Below are positions 1 through 64,000 of a stretch of DNA of 64,000 bases, one piece after another. The notes under the pieces are model-generated. The model saw only the letters and a program-made list of their open reading frames with translations. It was not told the origin of the DNA and did no database searches. The position numbers and the translations under genes are program-made. Positions within the stretch are counted from its first letter, which is position 1; each line of letters begins with the position of its first letter. The stretch comes from Octopus vulgaris (lineage: Eukaryota). Where the stretch lies: positions 74,524,001-74,588,000 of the forward strand of contig OX597827.1 in assembly GCA_951406725.2 (NCBI GenBank), read 5' to 3'.

Positions 1-145
1 ACAAAAAAGGGAGAACAAAAAATTCATATAGACGATACAAAGAAAACAAGAATGGGTCATTCGGATTACTTATTTTATATATATCTATATGTATAAATAA
101 ATATGTATATGTATGAATATATACATATATATATATATATATGTG

Positions 146-186
<41 letters not shown>

Positions 187-666
187 GTGTGTGTACCAAA
201 TCCACCAACAAGGCTTTGGTCAGCCCGACGCTATAATAGAAGACATATGCACAACGTGACATGCAGTGGGATTGAAACCGGATCCATATAGTTGGAAAGC
301 AAGCTTCTTACCAAACTATCATTCATTAATAACTCTATCACCACTGAACACCATTTGTGATATAGGGAGACGACGTATGCAAAAGATCCTGAAGGAAGTC
401 GTTTGTCTTCTCGTGATTCTCTATAATTATCTATATTTGATATTTCATCGAATTTTATTTTACGCGAATACTTTCATCTCATTCTCTGTGGTTACATTCC
501 ATTGATCCACGTTGAAATACAATGAGGAATCAAGTATATACTCATCTCTATCTAGTGTCTGTAATGCTAAAAGAAATAACAATATCTAGCATATTAAGTC
601 ATCTATACTATGTCATAAAACTCTTATAATAGCAATTTATGGCTAACATGGTTTTTATTATTTCAG

Positions 667-63589
<62,923 letters not shown>

Positions 63590-64000
63590 GTAAGTGAAAA
63601 TATTGATAAATTCACAAATTCCCGCTACATCCGTTGTGATCCCATTCGAAAACAATTTCTCTTTTTAACTAAGTCTTCTATGTTTTTAAATAAGTTTCCC
63701 TCTGACCCCGTTTTCTTTATTGCTATCACTTTACTAAACCTTATCGATCGTTATTTAATCACTTTTTGGGATGGCGAATCCCCACCTGTTATTGACGATT
63801 GCCCTAGCGAACATCTGCGTAACTAATAAACTAATGCAGTTTGTGTGAAATCGAGTGTCGGAAAGAAACGTCCAGCTTCCAGTAACCGCATCCCTGCCTC
63901 CAAAGCCTATCTTTGTCGACCGTACAGATTACAGAGTTGTGGATTTCGCAGCCAACAATTTTAAATTGAAGATAAATTATGCTTTATCTGCTGGCCTAGA

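Overview
AT-rich, microsatellite- and transposon-dense animal genomic DNA. The SINE, Penelope and (TA)n content suggests a cephalopod such as Octopus; this is inferred, not shown. The whole window lies inside one + strand, multi-exon gene whose 5' and 3' ends fall outside the window. Read by hand, the exons splice in frame into a single-pass receptor tyrosine phosphatase: at least 10 MEGF10/Draper-type 8-Cys EGF repeats (one symmetric phase-1 exon each), a TM helix, a tyrosine-motif juxtamembrane region (YEEI-x8-YVNM), a catalytically intact PTP D1 and a strongly degenerate D2. The ectodomain is built from tandemly duplicated two-exon (A+B) cassettes, includes dead or truncated exon relics, and shows an excess of amino-acid-changing differences between recent duplicates. 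Introns hold Tc1 and mariner relics, R4/Dong- and RTE-like LINE relics, SINEs, and Penelope-like fragments, several carrying minimal hammerhead-ribozyme motifs and long inverted repeats. Nearly all ORFs in the supplied track are microsatellite or transposon artefacts. All alignments and counts were done by eye.
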